Below are positions 46,339 through 53,668 of a stretch of 64,000 bases of DNA, one piece after another. Made by a program: the position numbers and the translations under genes. Each line of letters starts with the position of its first letter. Positions within the stretch are counted from its first letter, which is position 1. A model generated the notes under the pieces. That model was given only the letters and a program-made list of their open reading frames with translations. It did no database searches and was not told where the DNA came from. The stretch is from NCBI GenBank assembly GCA_009991965.1, contig JAACWQ010000002.1, forward strand, positions 17,617 to 81,616. Reading direction: 5' to 3'. The stretch is from Minisyncoccota bacterium (GTDB lineage: Bacteria; Patescibacteriota; Microgenomatia; UBA1400; PJMF01).

Positions 46339-46374
46339 GCGTTCTTCTCTGATTTGGTTTGAAATAAGTACTAT

Positions 46375-46452
46375 TTATTTACGAGAAAACACTCCCACTG
46401 TATGCAGAGAGTGATGATGGATAGCTAGAATTTTTCGATACGATTGTGTCAT
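46375..46452 (-). CDS. candidate His-codon-rich leader peptide, 25 aa, MTQSYRKILAIHHHSLHTVGVFSRK
   Basis: Manual translation of the minus strand. The codons are ATC CAT CAT CAC TCT CTG CAT, giving 4 His in 7 codons. It lies between a near-consensus promoter and the intrinsic terminator, upstream of hisS. Shorter than 60 aa, so it is absent from the ORF track. Confidence 0.4.
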   Translation of the reverse strand: MTQSYRKILAIHHHSLHTVGVFSRK

Positions 46453-46461
46453 CGTCTGGCC

Positions 46462-46490
46462 ATTCTAACAGCCTATAGTGAGAGAGTCAA
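46462..46490 (-). promoter_or_regulatory. candidate sigma70-type promoter TTGACT-17-TAGAAT (minus strand) driving the leader transcript
   Basis: -35 is the reverse complement of 46485-46490 and -10 the reverse complement of 46462-46467, with an exact 17-nt spacer. The leader ATG lies 9 nt downstream of the -10, so the transcript would be leaderless or nearly so. Confidence 0.5.
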
Positions 46491-46532
46491 CTTACTGGAG
46501 TTTTCCTGCCACTCCGTGTACACTAGCTTTCT

Positions 46533-47015
46533 ATGCCAGAAACAACCATCTGTCCAAAATGTAATTCTCCACTCAGCGAAGCAACTGAGACACCAAATGG
46601 TCGTAAGCTCCAACGCTGCAGCAAGGGATCTTGGAATGCAGAAACGCGCCAAACAGAGGGTTGTGATTATGTGCTTTGGCTCGCCGTAGAACCAGAAACA
46701 CTCGACGAAAAATGTCCTAAGTGCGACGCACCTTTGGTATTACAAGTCACTCGATTTGGCAAAAAGATGAAAAAGTGCAGCACTAATACCTGGGATCCGA
46801 CGACCAAGACTGCTTCTGGTTGCGACTTTGTAGAGTGGATTAATGGCACCACAGAAGAAACTGATGAAAAATGTCCTGAGTGTGATGAGCCACTGGTGAT
46901 TTTTACTACCGCCAAAGGCAAGCGCATGAAAAAATGTTCGACCGCAGGTTGGGATCGAGAAACTCGTCAAGCAACTGGTTGTACACACATTGAGTGGCTG
47001 AACGCAAGTAAATAA
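46533..47015 (+). CDS. stand-alone protein built of three tandem topoisomerase-I-type C4 zinc-ribbon repeats
   Basis: Three ~50-aa repeats, CP(K/E)C(D/N)..PL......G(K)(K/R)M(K)KCS(T)..WD..T(K/R)...GC...EW, resembling the TopA C-terminal zinc ribbons seen in this window at 17820-18090. 160 aa. Confidence 0.7.
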   Translation: MPETTICPKCNSPLSEATETPNGRKLQRCSKGSWNAETRQTEGCDYVLWLAVEPETLDEKCPKCDAPLVLQVTRFGKKMKKCSTNTWDPTTKTASGCDFVEWINGTTEETDEKCPECDEPLVIFTTAKGKRMKKCSTAGWDRETRQATGCTHIEWLNASK

Positions 47016-47068
47016 GTTACTTTTTTTCTGCAACGATAGTTAGAAAAAGCGGAAATTCACTTCTGGCT

Positions 47069-47785
47069 CTATTTTCCATTTTTGCGGCTTTGCCAACACT
47101 TTCCTTTGGTGAGGTCCATTCCTCGAGTGCGGTGATGCAAAAATCCAGCTTGGACAAGCATGGAGCTATAGTCATGTAGAGAATGGTGAAATGACCAAGT
47201 GACTGCAGAAGATCGTTGCCCAGGATGCATCTCAATGGGAATTTTGAAACTACTTGCATAGCGATTGATCCAGCGATGTTGCAGTTTGGTTTTTTCGTCG
47301 ATACCCCAGCCAGATTGACGGGGAATGCGAAAACAAGGGTGATTGAGTACGATCACTAGTTTGCCACCTGTTTGGAGTTGTTTGGCTGCGTTTTGTATAG
47401 TTCCCTCAGGTTGCTCCATGTTTTGTAGTGCCAAGATGATTGTGGCATGACTGAATTTTTCTTCTGGTTCTTCTAATGGTTTTGTAACATCGCGCACCAT
47501 AAATGAATAGTTGGGTTTTTTTACTGTGGCCGCCGCCGCTCTAACTAGGCCGGCCGCTGCATCCAAACCGAGATAACGAGCGATAGCGGGAATTTTTTTA
47601 GCTAAAATACCCTGACCACAACCGAGGTCGAGTAGGCTGCTGCTTGATTCCAAACTAAGCAGGCGCAACACGCCAGGAATCACGACATGTTCATGAAAGT
47701 AGTGTCCATCTGAGCCAACCAGTTTGTTGTACCAAGGAGATACTTGTTGCCAGGAGGTTTGTGTTTTTTGTTTTGGCTGTGGCAT
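47069..47785 (-). CDS. class I SAM-dependent methyltransferase
   Basis: LLDLGCGQGILAKKI (motif I GxGxG) and an acidic motif II. Confidence 0.8.
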   Translation of the reverse strand: MPQPKQKTQTSWQQVSPWYNKLVGSDGHYFHEHVVIPGVLRLLSLESSSSLLDLGCGQGILAKKIPAIARYLGLDAAAGLVRAAAATVKKPNYSFMVRDVTKPLEEPEEKFSHATIILALQNMEQPEGTIQNAAKQLQTGGKLVIVLNHPCFRIPRQSGWGIDEKTKLQHRWINRYASSFKIPIEMHPGQRSSAVTWSFHHSLHDYSSMLVQAGFLHHRTRGMDLTKGKCWQSRKNGK

Positions 47786-47868
47786 ATGTGTAGTTATTTT
47801 CCCAAAACCTATTATAGTTGATCAAAAAGAATAAAAACTAGCTCTTTCGGATACTTTGATCTAGTGAT

Positions 47869-48408
47869 ATGCTTTTTGATATGCCAAAAAACGAAATGCT
47901 TAGATTTGTTAGATTATCAATGGAAAATAATCAGGAAAACGATGTCAGAAGAGCTGTAGCTGTTGCGTCTAAGAAGAAGAGAGATGAAGCGAAGCGAGAA
48001 TCGGAAGTAGAAAAAGAGTCAGAATTTGTCAAATTTTTAGAAACTTTTCTTCAAGTGCTTTCAGATCCTGAGGCAAACATAACTGTAGAAATTTTTCCAG
48101 GCGAATCTACTACAAGAGTAGCAATCATTGGATTAAACAAATATCCAGCTGTTGTTCAAGAGTTGGTGGATGAATTTGTTTCGACAATTGGCCAAATAGA
48201 TCGAACTTTGAGTGTTTCTCAAAATTTCTTTTTACAAATGATGGCATATTTTAGAAAGTCATCTGGGGATGAATCCGAAGCATCCCCCTCTGCAGAAATT
48301 GTTGATGGTGTTTATACAGTTAATCTGAGGCAAAACGTGCGCGTGAGTGAAAAACATCCAAGCGAGCTGGCATTTTATCTTAGGGTTGAACAGCGAAAAA
48401 ATAGCTAG
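47869..48408 (+). CDS. hypothetical protein
   Basis: 179 aa. Charged N-terminal part and a possible KH-like core (ITVEIFPGESTTRVAIIGLNKYPAVVQEL), uncertain. Confidence 0.4.
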   Translation: MLFDMPKNEMLRFVRLSMENNQENDVRRAVAVASKKKRDEAKRESEVEKESEFVKFLETFLQVLSDPEANITVEIFPGESTTRVAIIGLNKYPAVVQELVDEFVSTIGQIDRTLSVSQNFFLQMMAYFRKSSGDESEASPSAEIVDGVYTVNLRQNVRVSEKHPSELAFYLRVEQRKNS

Positions 48409-48857
48409 GAAATTGTGATTATTGTATAGCTGACAGCTCCGCGAGGAGTAGTTGCTGTAACAGTTTCGCCAACCGATTTTCCCAAAATAGCAGCCCCGAT
48501 AGGACTGGTCATGGCGAGCTTGTGTTCTTTTGGATCAGATTCATGTTCGCTGACGATAAGGACAGTTTGCGTGCCCTTGGGTCCGGCGAGTGTGACGATC
48601 GAACCAAATTGGACTGTTGAACTTTGTTGTTTTTGTACCACCACGCCTTCATCAAGTAAATGATTGATACGACGTAGTTGTCGGCCAATCGATCCGAGCT
48701 CAAACTTGGCATATTTGTACGCGCCATTTTCAGATAAATCTCCCATTTCACGGGCAGTTTTAAGCCGCTTCATCACTTCCACACGTTCTGTTTTAAGCCG
48801 AAAGCGATCTTGCTGCAGTTGTTTGTAGGCTTGTGGGGTGAAGGGGATGGGAGGCAT
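48405..48857 (-). CDS. greA: transcription elongation factor GreA
   Basis: N-terminal coiled coil with GDLSENGAYKYAK (the GreA/B acidic finger) and an FKBP-like C-terminal domain. Confidence 0.85.
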   Translation of the reverse strand: MPPIPFTPQAYKQLQQDRFRLKTERVEVMKRLKTAREMGDLSENGAYKYAKFELGSIGRQLRRINHLLDEGVVVQKQQSSTVQFGSIVTLAGPKGTQTVLIVSEHESDPKEHKLAMTSPIGAAILGKSVGETVTATTPRGAVSYTIITIS

Positions 48858-49846
48858 TATAGTCCAAGCACTTTTCTGCCATTAATGGTTGCAATTTTGA
48901 CAAGTTCATCAATGTTAGTAAAACGGGTTCCAGCTGCCAGTACTGAAAGTTCCTGCCACATGTCACCATCACAAAACGGTACCATAAAATCACAGATGTT
49001 GTCTGTACCAATGGCGACAGTTATACCTGCCGAAACAAGCTCATCCACGGGAGTGAGAGAATTATGAATTGGCGCAACGTCTTCACGACGAGGGCTATCA
49101 ATCCAAGCCATTGGGCAAGCAATCATCATAATACCTGCAGCTTTCAATTTTTTATATATTTTTAGGCGATAGGATTTTTTGTGCGCGGCCAGAGAAATGG
49201 CATGAATTGCAACGACTTTGTTTTGCATCCCATGCTCAACAGTTTTATTACAAAGAAGCTCTGTCTCTACATCCATTGGCGTATTAAATTGGTCAACATG
49301 AACATGAACAAGTTTATTTTGTCGTTTGGCAGTCTGTAATAAGATATCCATGTGTTTGGCGCCAAATCCCGGACCAAAATCTCGCTCATCTCGTTTGGGT
49401 AGTCCTCCTATGATATCGACCAGTTCGGCTCCACGATCAAACCAATAACGTGCTTCTTTATTTATCACGCCTTTGAGTGTTTGTGTTGCAAATCGAATTG
49501 ACAATTCGTTTTTAAACTTTTCCCTTGCACGTAAGCCACCTTTAATTGCTCTGTCCTTGCAAACAGGGTCAACGTCAACAAATGAACCTATGGCATTTAC
49601 TCCATTGCTGATCATTACCTCAAAAGCTCGACAGAAACGATCATAGTATTCAGTTTCAGATGCATCTTTCTTTACTGCATCTACCAAATCCCACTTTTCT
49701 TCGAGAGTGTGGTTGCTGTACATGCCCAGTGAGTCAGGGTTGATAGTAAATGCTCTGTCAACATGAGCGTGTGCGTTGACCCAGCCACCATTTTTTTGAA
49801 TGGCGGCGAGAATCAATGGTTTGAAAGTAAAGTGGTTGGCTGGCAC
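48857..49846 (-). CDS. amidohydrolase-superfamily metal-dependent hydrolase (cytosine-deaminase-like)
   Basis: NAHAHVD (HxH metal ligands), HVHVD, GTDN and a C-terminal Asp. 329 aa. Confidence 0.6.
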   Translation of the reverse strand: MPANHFTFKPLILAAIQKNGGWVNAHAHVDRAFTINPDSLGMYSNHTLEEKWDLVDAVKKDASETEYYDRFCRAFEVMISNGVNAIGSFVDVDPVCKDRAIKGGLRAREKFKNELSIRFATQTLKGVINKEARYWFDRGAELVDIIGGLPKRDERDFGPGFGAKHMDILLQTAKRQNKLVHVHVDQFNTPMDVETELLCNKTVEHGMQNKVVAIHAISLAAHKKSYRLKIYKKLKAAGIMMIACPMAWIDSPRREDVAPIHNSLTPVDELVSAGITVAIGTDNICDFMVPFCDGDMWQELSVLAAGTRFTNIDELVKIATINGRKVLGL

Positions 49847-49847
49847 A

Positions 49848-51473
49848 CTATCCTTTTTTTCTTACTATTAGTCTTTTTTCTAGTTTGTGTATGAGACGTT
49901 CAGCAGTTGAGAACTCTGTGACGAGAGGTATATTATTCTTGATTGACCACTCTTGTATTATTGCTTGATCACGTTCGCTATCGGTTGATTGCTTGTTGTA
50001 GGGTACGTTGATGATAAGGTCAAAAAGATTTTGGCGCAAAACATCTTCGAGTGAAGGATGCGCACCCTCATACATTTTGTGAAGCAAAATAGATTTTACT
50101 TTTTGTTTAGCTAAATATGCGTGCGTATGTTGTGTGGCGTAGAAGTGAAAGCCAAGCTCTCTGAGACTTTTGATAAGTGGTAAAAACTTTTTCTTGTTTT
50201 TTTCTTCACCAATTGTTAGGAGTGCAAATCGCTCTTTTGCTTGTGCTAAGCGCATCTGCAATGTGTATATTTCGATAAAGCCCGCTGACGCATTTTGGTT
50301 GAACGCTGATGACTTCATAAAGGTAGCGAGTTTTTCGTCAAAGATACTATTAGCAGTCTCGACTGCCACTACTTCTGCCATGCCTTTGAATAATTTAATC
50401 GTGACTAGACCCGAAACTTTTTCGTTTATTTTATCGATAAAGGCATTGAGATCATCCATGAGCGGTTCGTACCAAAGTGCTCCATAGCAAAGATATGCCC
50501 ATTTGGTATCTATTTCTTGCTTAAATTGATTTTCTTCTCTGGTGGAAACATATTTTTCTAGATTAAAATGGGCGTTGATAATAATCTCTGCTGCAGGAGC
50601 CTCATAGAGGCCGCGCACCTTCAAGCCTACCAATCTATCTTCGATATGGTGTGCAATACCAATCGCATGTTGAGCTCCAATCTTATTGAGTTGATTAATG
50701 ATCTCAACAAGATCTAACTGTTTGTTATTGAGTTCAACAGGTAGACCTTTCACAAATTTTAGTTTTACATATTCTGGTTTGTTAAGTGCTTTTTCTGGTG
50801 TACGACACACTTGTAAAATTTTTTCAAGCGGAGGGATGAGTGCCGGGTTTTCAATCTCACCACTTTCGCCAGTCACTCCCCACATATTATCGTCATACGA
50901 ATAGGGGCTATCAATTGTCTGTTTGACTGGAATCTTGTGTTTTTTTGCATACGCGATTTCTTCGTCTCGGCCAAGAGACCACTCACGAACTGGTGCAATT
51001 ATTTTCATTTCTGGGGCAAGTGTCAAAATTGAACCTTCAATCCGTACTTGATCATTTCCTTTACCCGTAGAGCCGTGCGCAATGCAGTCTGCTCCTTCGG
51101 CTCGAGCTATATCTACTGCAAGTTTTGCTAGCAGGGGCCGACCCATTGGAGTCGATAGATAGTAGCGACCTTGATAGTGACTATTGGCTTTAATTCCTTT
51201 TGCTAGGTAGTGATAGGCAAACTCTTTTTTAGCATCAATCACAATTGCTTTAACAGCTCCCAACTTTTCCGCTTTGCGTCGAATCGCCTCCAGATCATCT
51301 GCCTGTTGCCCAATGTCTATCGTGAGTGCCACTACCTCTGCCTTATATTCGTCTTGGATCCATTTGAGCATGACGCTTGTGTCAAGTCCGCCAGAGTAGA
51401 GGAGGACAACTTTTTTAACTTCGCCTTTGTGGCCTTCGTAACTTGAAATTTTTTGGTAAACAGTTTGTTGCAT
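49848..51473 (-). CDS. argG: argininosuccinate synthase fused to a C-terminal methylglyoxal-synthase-like (MGS-like) domain
   Basis: VVLLYSGGLDTSVMLKWIQDEYKAEVVALTIDIGQ (PP-loop, ArgG N-terminus) and AHGSTGKGNDQVR, the ArgG core through ~residue 400. The C-terminal ~140 aa (FHFYATQHTHAYL...LFDLIINVPYNKQSTDSERD...NNIPLVTEF) resembles the MGS-like regulatory domain of CarB/PurH. Start taken at MQQTVYQ (ATG 51473, AAGGAA ribosome-binding site); the listed ORF extends to 51515. Confidence 0.7.
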   Translation of the reverse strand: MQQTVYQKISSYEGHKGEVKKVVLLYSGGLDTSVMLKWIQDEYKAEVVALTIDIGQQADDLEAIRRKAEKLGAVKAIVIDAKKEFAYHYLAKGIKANSHYQGRYYLSTPMGRPLLAKLAVDIARAEGADCIAHGSTGKGNDQVRIEGSILTLAPEMKIIAPVREWSLGRDEEIAYAKKHKIPVKQTIDSPYSYDDNMWGVTGESGEIENPALIPPLEKILQVCRTPEKALNKPEYVKLKFVKGLPVELNNKQLDLVEIINQLNKIGAQHAIGIAHHIEDRLVGLKVRGLYEAPAAEIIINAHFNLEKYVSTREENQFKQEIDTKWAYLCYGALWYEPLMDDLNAFIDKINEKVSGLVTIKLFKGMAEVVAVETANSIFDEKLATFMKSSAFNQNASAGFIEIYTLQMRLAQAKERFALLTIGEEKNKKKFLPLIKSLRELGFHFYATQHTHAYLAKQKVKSILLHKMYEGAHPSLEDVLRQNLFDLIINVPYNKQSTDSERDQAIIQEWSIKNNIPLVTEFSTAERLIHKLEKRLIVRKKG

Positions 51474-51535
51474 CGTTTCCTTAGTAGCTATTGTTAATAC
51501 TAGAACGAGAACCACAGAAAAAGACTAAAAAAAAT

Positions 51536-51561
51536 CCCGCCATAAGCGGGATAAAAACCCA
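51536..51561 (-). terminator. intrinsic-terminator-like hairpin AUCCCGC-uuaug-GCGGGAU followed by a U-tract (minus strand)
   Basis: 7-bp stem plus T-run, read directly from the sequence. Second of two tandem hairpins downstream of the M29 peptidase gene, ~60 nt upstream of the argG start. Confidence 0.5.
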
Positions 51562-51610
51562 ATTAATTTCGATATTTTCTCGAAAAAAAGAGGCTTGTAG
51601 TAAAAAAAAA

Positions 51611-51636
51611 CTAGTGGCTTGCACTAGGTTCATGAG
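51611..51636 (-). terminator. intrinsic terminator CUAGUG-caagc-CACUAG followed by U9 (minus strand), downstream of the M29 peptidase gene
   Basis: Read directly from the sequence, 36 nt after the stop at 51673. Confidence 0.6.
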
Positions 51637-51672
51637 TGTAATGAAAAGTTGCCAATGATACAAGGGGTGTTT

Positions 51673-52536
51673 TTAGATTTTAAAAATTCTATTTTCCAAA
51701 ACAATTTCATCATCTACCCACACCGTCGGCTCACTCACCAAACCATCGATATGAATCGGCACATTATTTTCTCCACCAATTGCGCTGCTATTGCCAAAGG
51801 CGACATGTACCGTCCCGAAAGCTTTTTCGGCTTCCAGTAGGTTTTGCGAGATCTTTGCTGCCTTATTTGTGCCAATGCCAATTTCTGCTACAGTCAATCC
51901 TTTTTTTCCATATTGAGACAATTTTTGCTGCAAATTTTGTGCCGCCATACCACCCGAAAACTTGGTAGCGATACCGTCGTGAATTTCAATAGTAATCGGT
52001 TCATCAAGCACGTCATCGGCAATTGAGCCATCGATGACAAGGGTGCCATTGGTAGTTCCCAACACGGGGGCAAAGAAAACTTCGCCGCTGGGTAAGTTGC
52101 CAATTTTGCCCGCTTGCAAAAAGCCAGTTTCGGCTTCCACGCCCGATTGCCGAATAGAGGCAGCTAGATCAGTTCCTTGTGTACTTGTGATGTGCATTTT
52201 TTTGCCTGTTTGCAATTTCTTTTTGATCGCGCGACCCAGTGTTTGCAAAGCTTTGTAGTCGGTTTGCAACGCCATTGTGATGTGATCAAACCAAAATCTG
52301 CACCTGGCAAACTGAGCGCTCGACCACCACCAAGTAGCGCCTGCTTGTGGTTTGCATGATCGTGATTTGCGCATTTCTAGAACTGTCACGATAACTATGA
52401 TTTCATTTGGTTTGCAAGCGAGATTAGAATCCAAAAAAGTTTTTGCCAGGCTGGTGAGGTCACTTTGCGTTTTCGTGAGTAGCTGTTTGGAAATATTTGG
52501 TTGTGTAAGGTACATAGCTTCTCGGCATTGTAACAA
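51673..52536 (-). CDS. M29-family (AmpS/aminopeptidase T-like) aminopeptidase with an atypical, shortened N-terminal region
   Basis: C-terminal two thirds is clearly M29 (HITSTQGTDL..., EIGIGTN, GTVHVAFGNSS...VPIHIDG). The N-terminal ~100 aa is short relative to AmpT and contains an odd ATWWWSSAQFARCRFW stretch. Confidence 0.55.
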   Translation of the reverse strand: MLQCREAMYLTQPNISKQLLTKTQSDLTSLAKTFLDSNLACKPNEIIVIVTVLEMRKSRSCKPQAGATWWWSSAQFARCRFWFDHITMALQTDYKALQTLGRAIKKKLQTGKKMHITSTQGTDLAASIRQSGVEAETGFLQAGKIGNLPSGEVFFAPVLGTTNGTLVIDGSIADDVLDEPITIEIHDGIATKFSGGMAAQNLQQKLSQYGKKGLTVAEIGIGTNKAAKISQNLLEAEKAFGTVHVAFGNSSAIGGENNVPIHIDGLVSEPTVWVDDEIVLENRIFKI

Positions 52537-52563
52537 ACTTTGTTACAATACAACTTGAGAAAC

Positions 52564-52636
52564 GGGCCGGTAGCTCAGTTGGTAGAGCGCTGCATTCGCA
52601 TTGCAGAGGTAGAGAGTTCGATCCTCTTCCGGTCCA
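52564..52636 (+). tRNA. tRNA-Ala (anticodon CGC)
   Basis: Cloverleaf folded by hand: acceptor GGGCCGG/CCGGTCC with the G3:U70 Ala identity pair, anticodon stem CTGCA/TGCAG with loop TTCGCAT, T-loop GTTCGATCC, discriminator A. The 3' CCA is not fully encoded. Confidence 0.85.
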
Positions 52637-52637
52637 C

Positions 52638-53084
52638 ATGACAAATATTCCTGGCATCGACTACATCGGCATTACGTTTACCTTTTTTTGCCATGACGGC
52701 AATGGTAGATTTGTGATGGCGCTGCGCGGCAAAAATGCGCGTGACGAGCAAGGTCGTTGGGATTTGGGAGGAGGCCAGCTAGAGTTTGGCGAAGATGCAA
52801 TTGCTTCTCTTAAGCGTGAGATAAAAGAAGAATACTGCGCCGATGTATTAGAGCACGAATTTCTTGGGTATCGCAGTGTGTTGCGAGAGCAAAAGGGCAA
52901 GCAAACACACTGGTTATCGCTCGATTATTTAGTTCGCATTGATCCAACACAGGTGGCCAATGGGGAGCCCCACAAGCTCGATGCGGTGGAGTGGTTTACT
53001 TTGGATACTTTGCCAAGTCCGACCCATTCGCAGTGTCCGAATTTTTTGAAAGCGTACAAAGAAAAGTTGACAAAATGTATATGA
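52638..53084 (+). CDS. NUDIX hydrolase
   Basis: GGGQLEFGEDAIASLKREIKEEYC is the Nudix box (GX5EX7REUXEEXGU). The ATG lies 2 nt after the tRNA-Ala 3' end. Confidence 0.75.
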   Translation: MTNIPGIDYIGITFTFFCHDGNGRFVMALRGKNARDEQGRWDLGGGQLEFGEDAIASLKREIKEEYCADVLEHEFLGYRSVLREQKGKQTHWLSLDYLVRIDPTQVANGEPHKLDAVEWFTLDTLPSPTHSQCPNFLKAYKEKLTKCI

Positions 53085-53103
53085 TGATAATATACTTAAG
53101 AAT

Positions 53104-53391
53104 ATGAAGTTGCCCACCCCGATTACTTTTGAGTGGGATGAGAACAATAAAGATAAAAATTGGAAGAAGCATAAAGTACAACATAAGGAAATTGAGGAGG
53201 TATTTTTTAATCGACCAATCAAGTTTTTTGCAGACGCAAAGCACTCTACAGTTGAAAAAAGATACTTAGCCTTGGGAAAAACTAATGATGATTGTTTGTT
53301 GAGCATAGTTTTTACTATTCGAAGTAATAAAGTTAGAGTTATTTCTGCACACAAACAAAGTAGAAAGGAAAAGACAATATATGAAAAATAA
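53104..53391 (+). CDS. brnT: BrnT-family toxin (DUF497 ribonuclease)
   Basis: FEWDENNKDKNWKKHKVQHKEIEEVFFN...RVISAHKQSRKEKTIYE matches the BrnT consensus. Overlaps the brnA gene by 11 nt. Confidence 0.75.
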   Translation: MKLPTPITFEWDENNKDKNWKKHKVQHKEIEEVFFNRPIKFFADAKHSTVEKRYLALGKTNDDCLLSIVFTIRSNKVRVISAHKQSRKEKTIYEK

Positions 53392-53668
53392 AAATCTAAA
53401 AGTAGCACCAAAATTTAAGAGCGAAGACGAGGAGCGAGCATTCTGGGCCACTGCTAATACGACCGAGTATTTTGACACAGAGAATCCTGTCATGCTTGAT
53501 TTGTCTAAATTAAAGCCCTCTACAGAGTCAATTTCTTTGAGACTCCCAAGCTACATGTTGGGAAGAATCAAGGAAATGGCGAACTTTCGTGATGTGCCGT
53601 ATCAGTCTTTAATGAAAATGTTTCTTTCGGAACGAATTGATCGAGAATTGCGTAGACAACAAACATAG
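53381..53668 (+). CDS. brnA: BrnA-family antitoxin
   Basis: FKSEDEERAFW...ISLRLPSYMLGRIKEMANFRDVPYQSLMKMFLSERI matches the BrnA (DUF4415-like) consensus. Confidence 0.75.
   Translation: MKNKNLKVAPKFKSEDEERAFWATANTTEYFDTENPVMLDLSKLKPSTESISLRLPSYMLGRIKEMANFRDVPYQSLMKMFLSERIDRELRRQQT

Noticed and set aside
52929-53493. Minus-strand ORFs 52929-53411, 52996-53244 and 53266-53493
   Set aside because: Antisense to NUDIX and BrnT/BrnA in an AT-rich stretch. Low-complexity Leu/Phe/Ile-rich translations.
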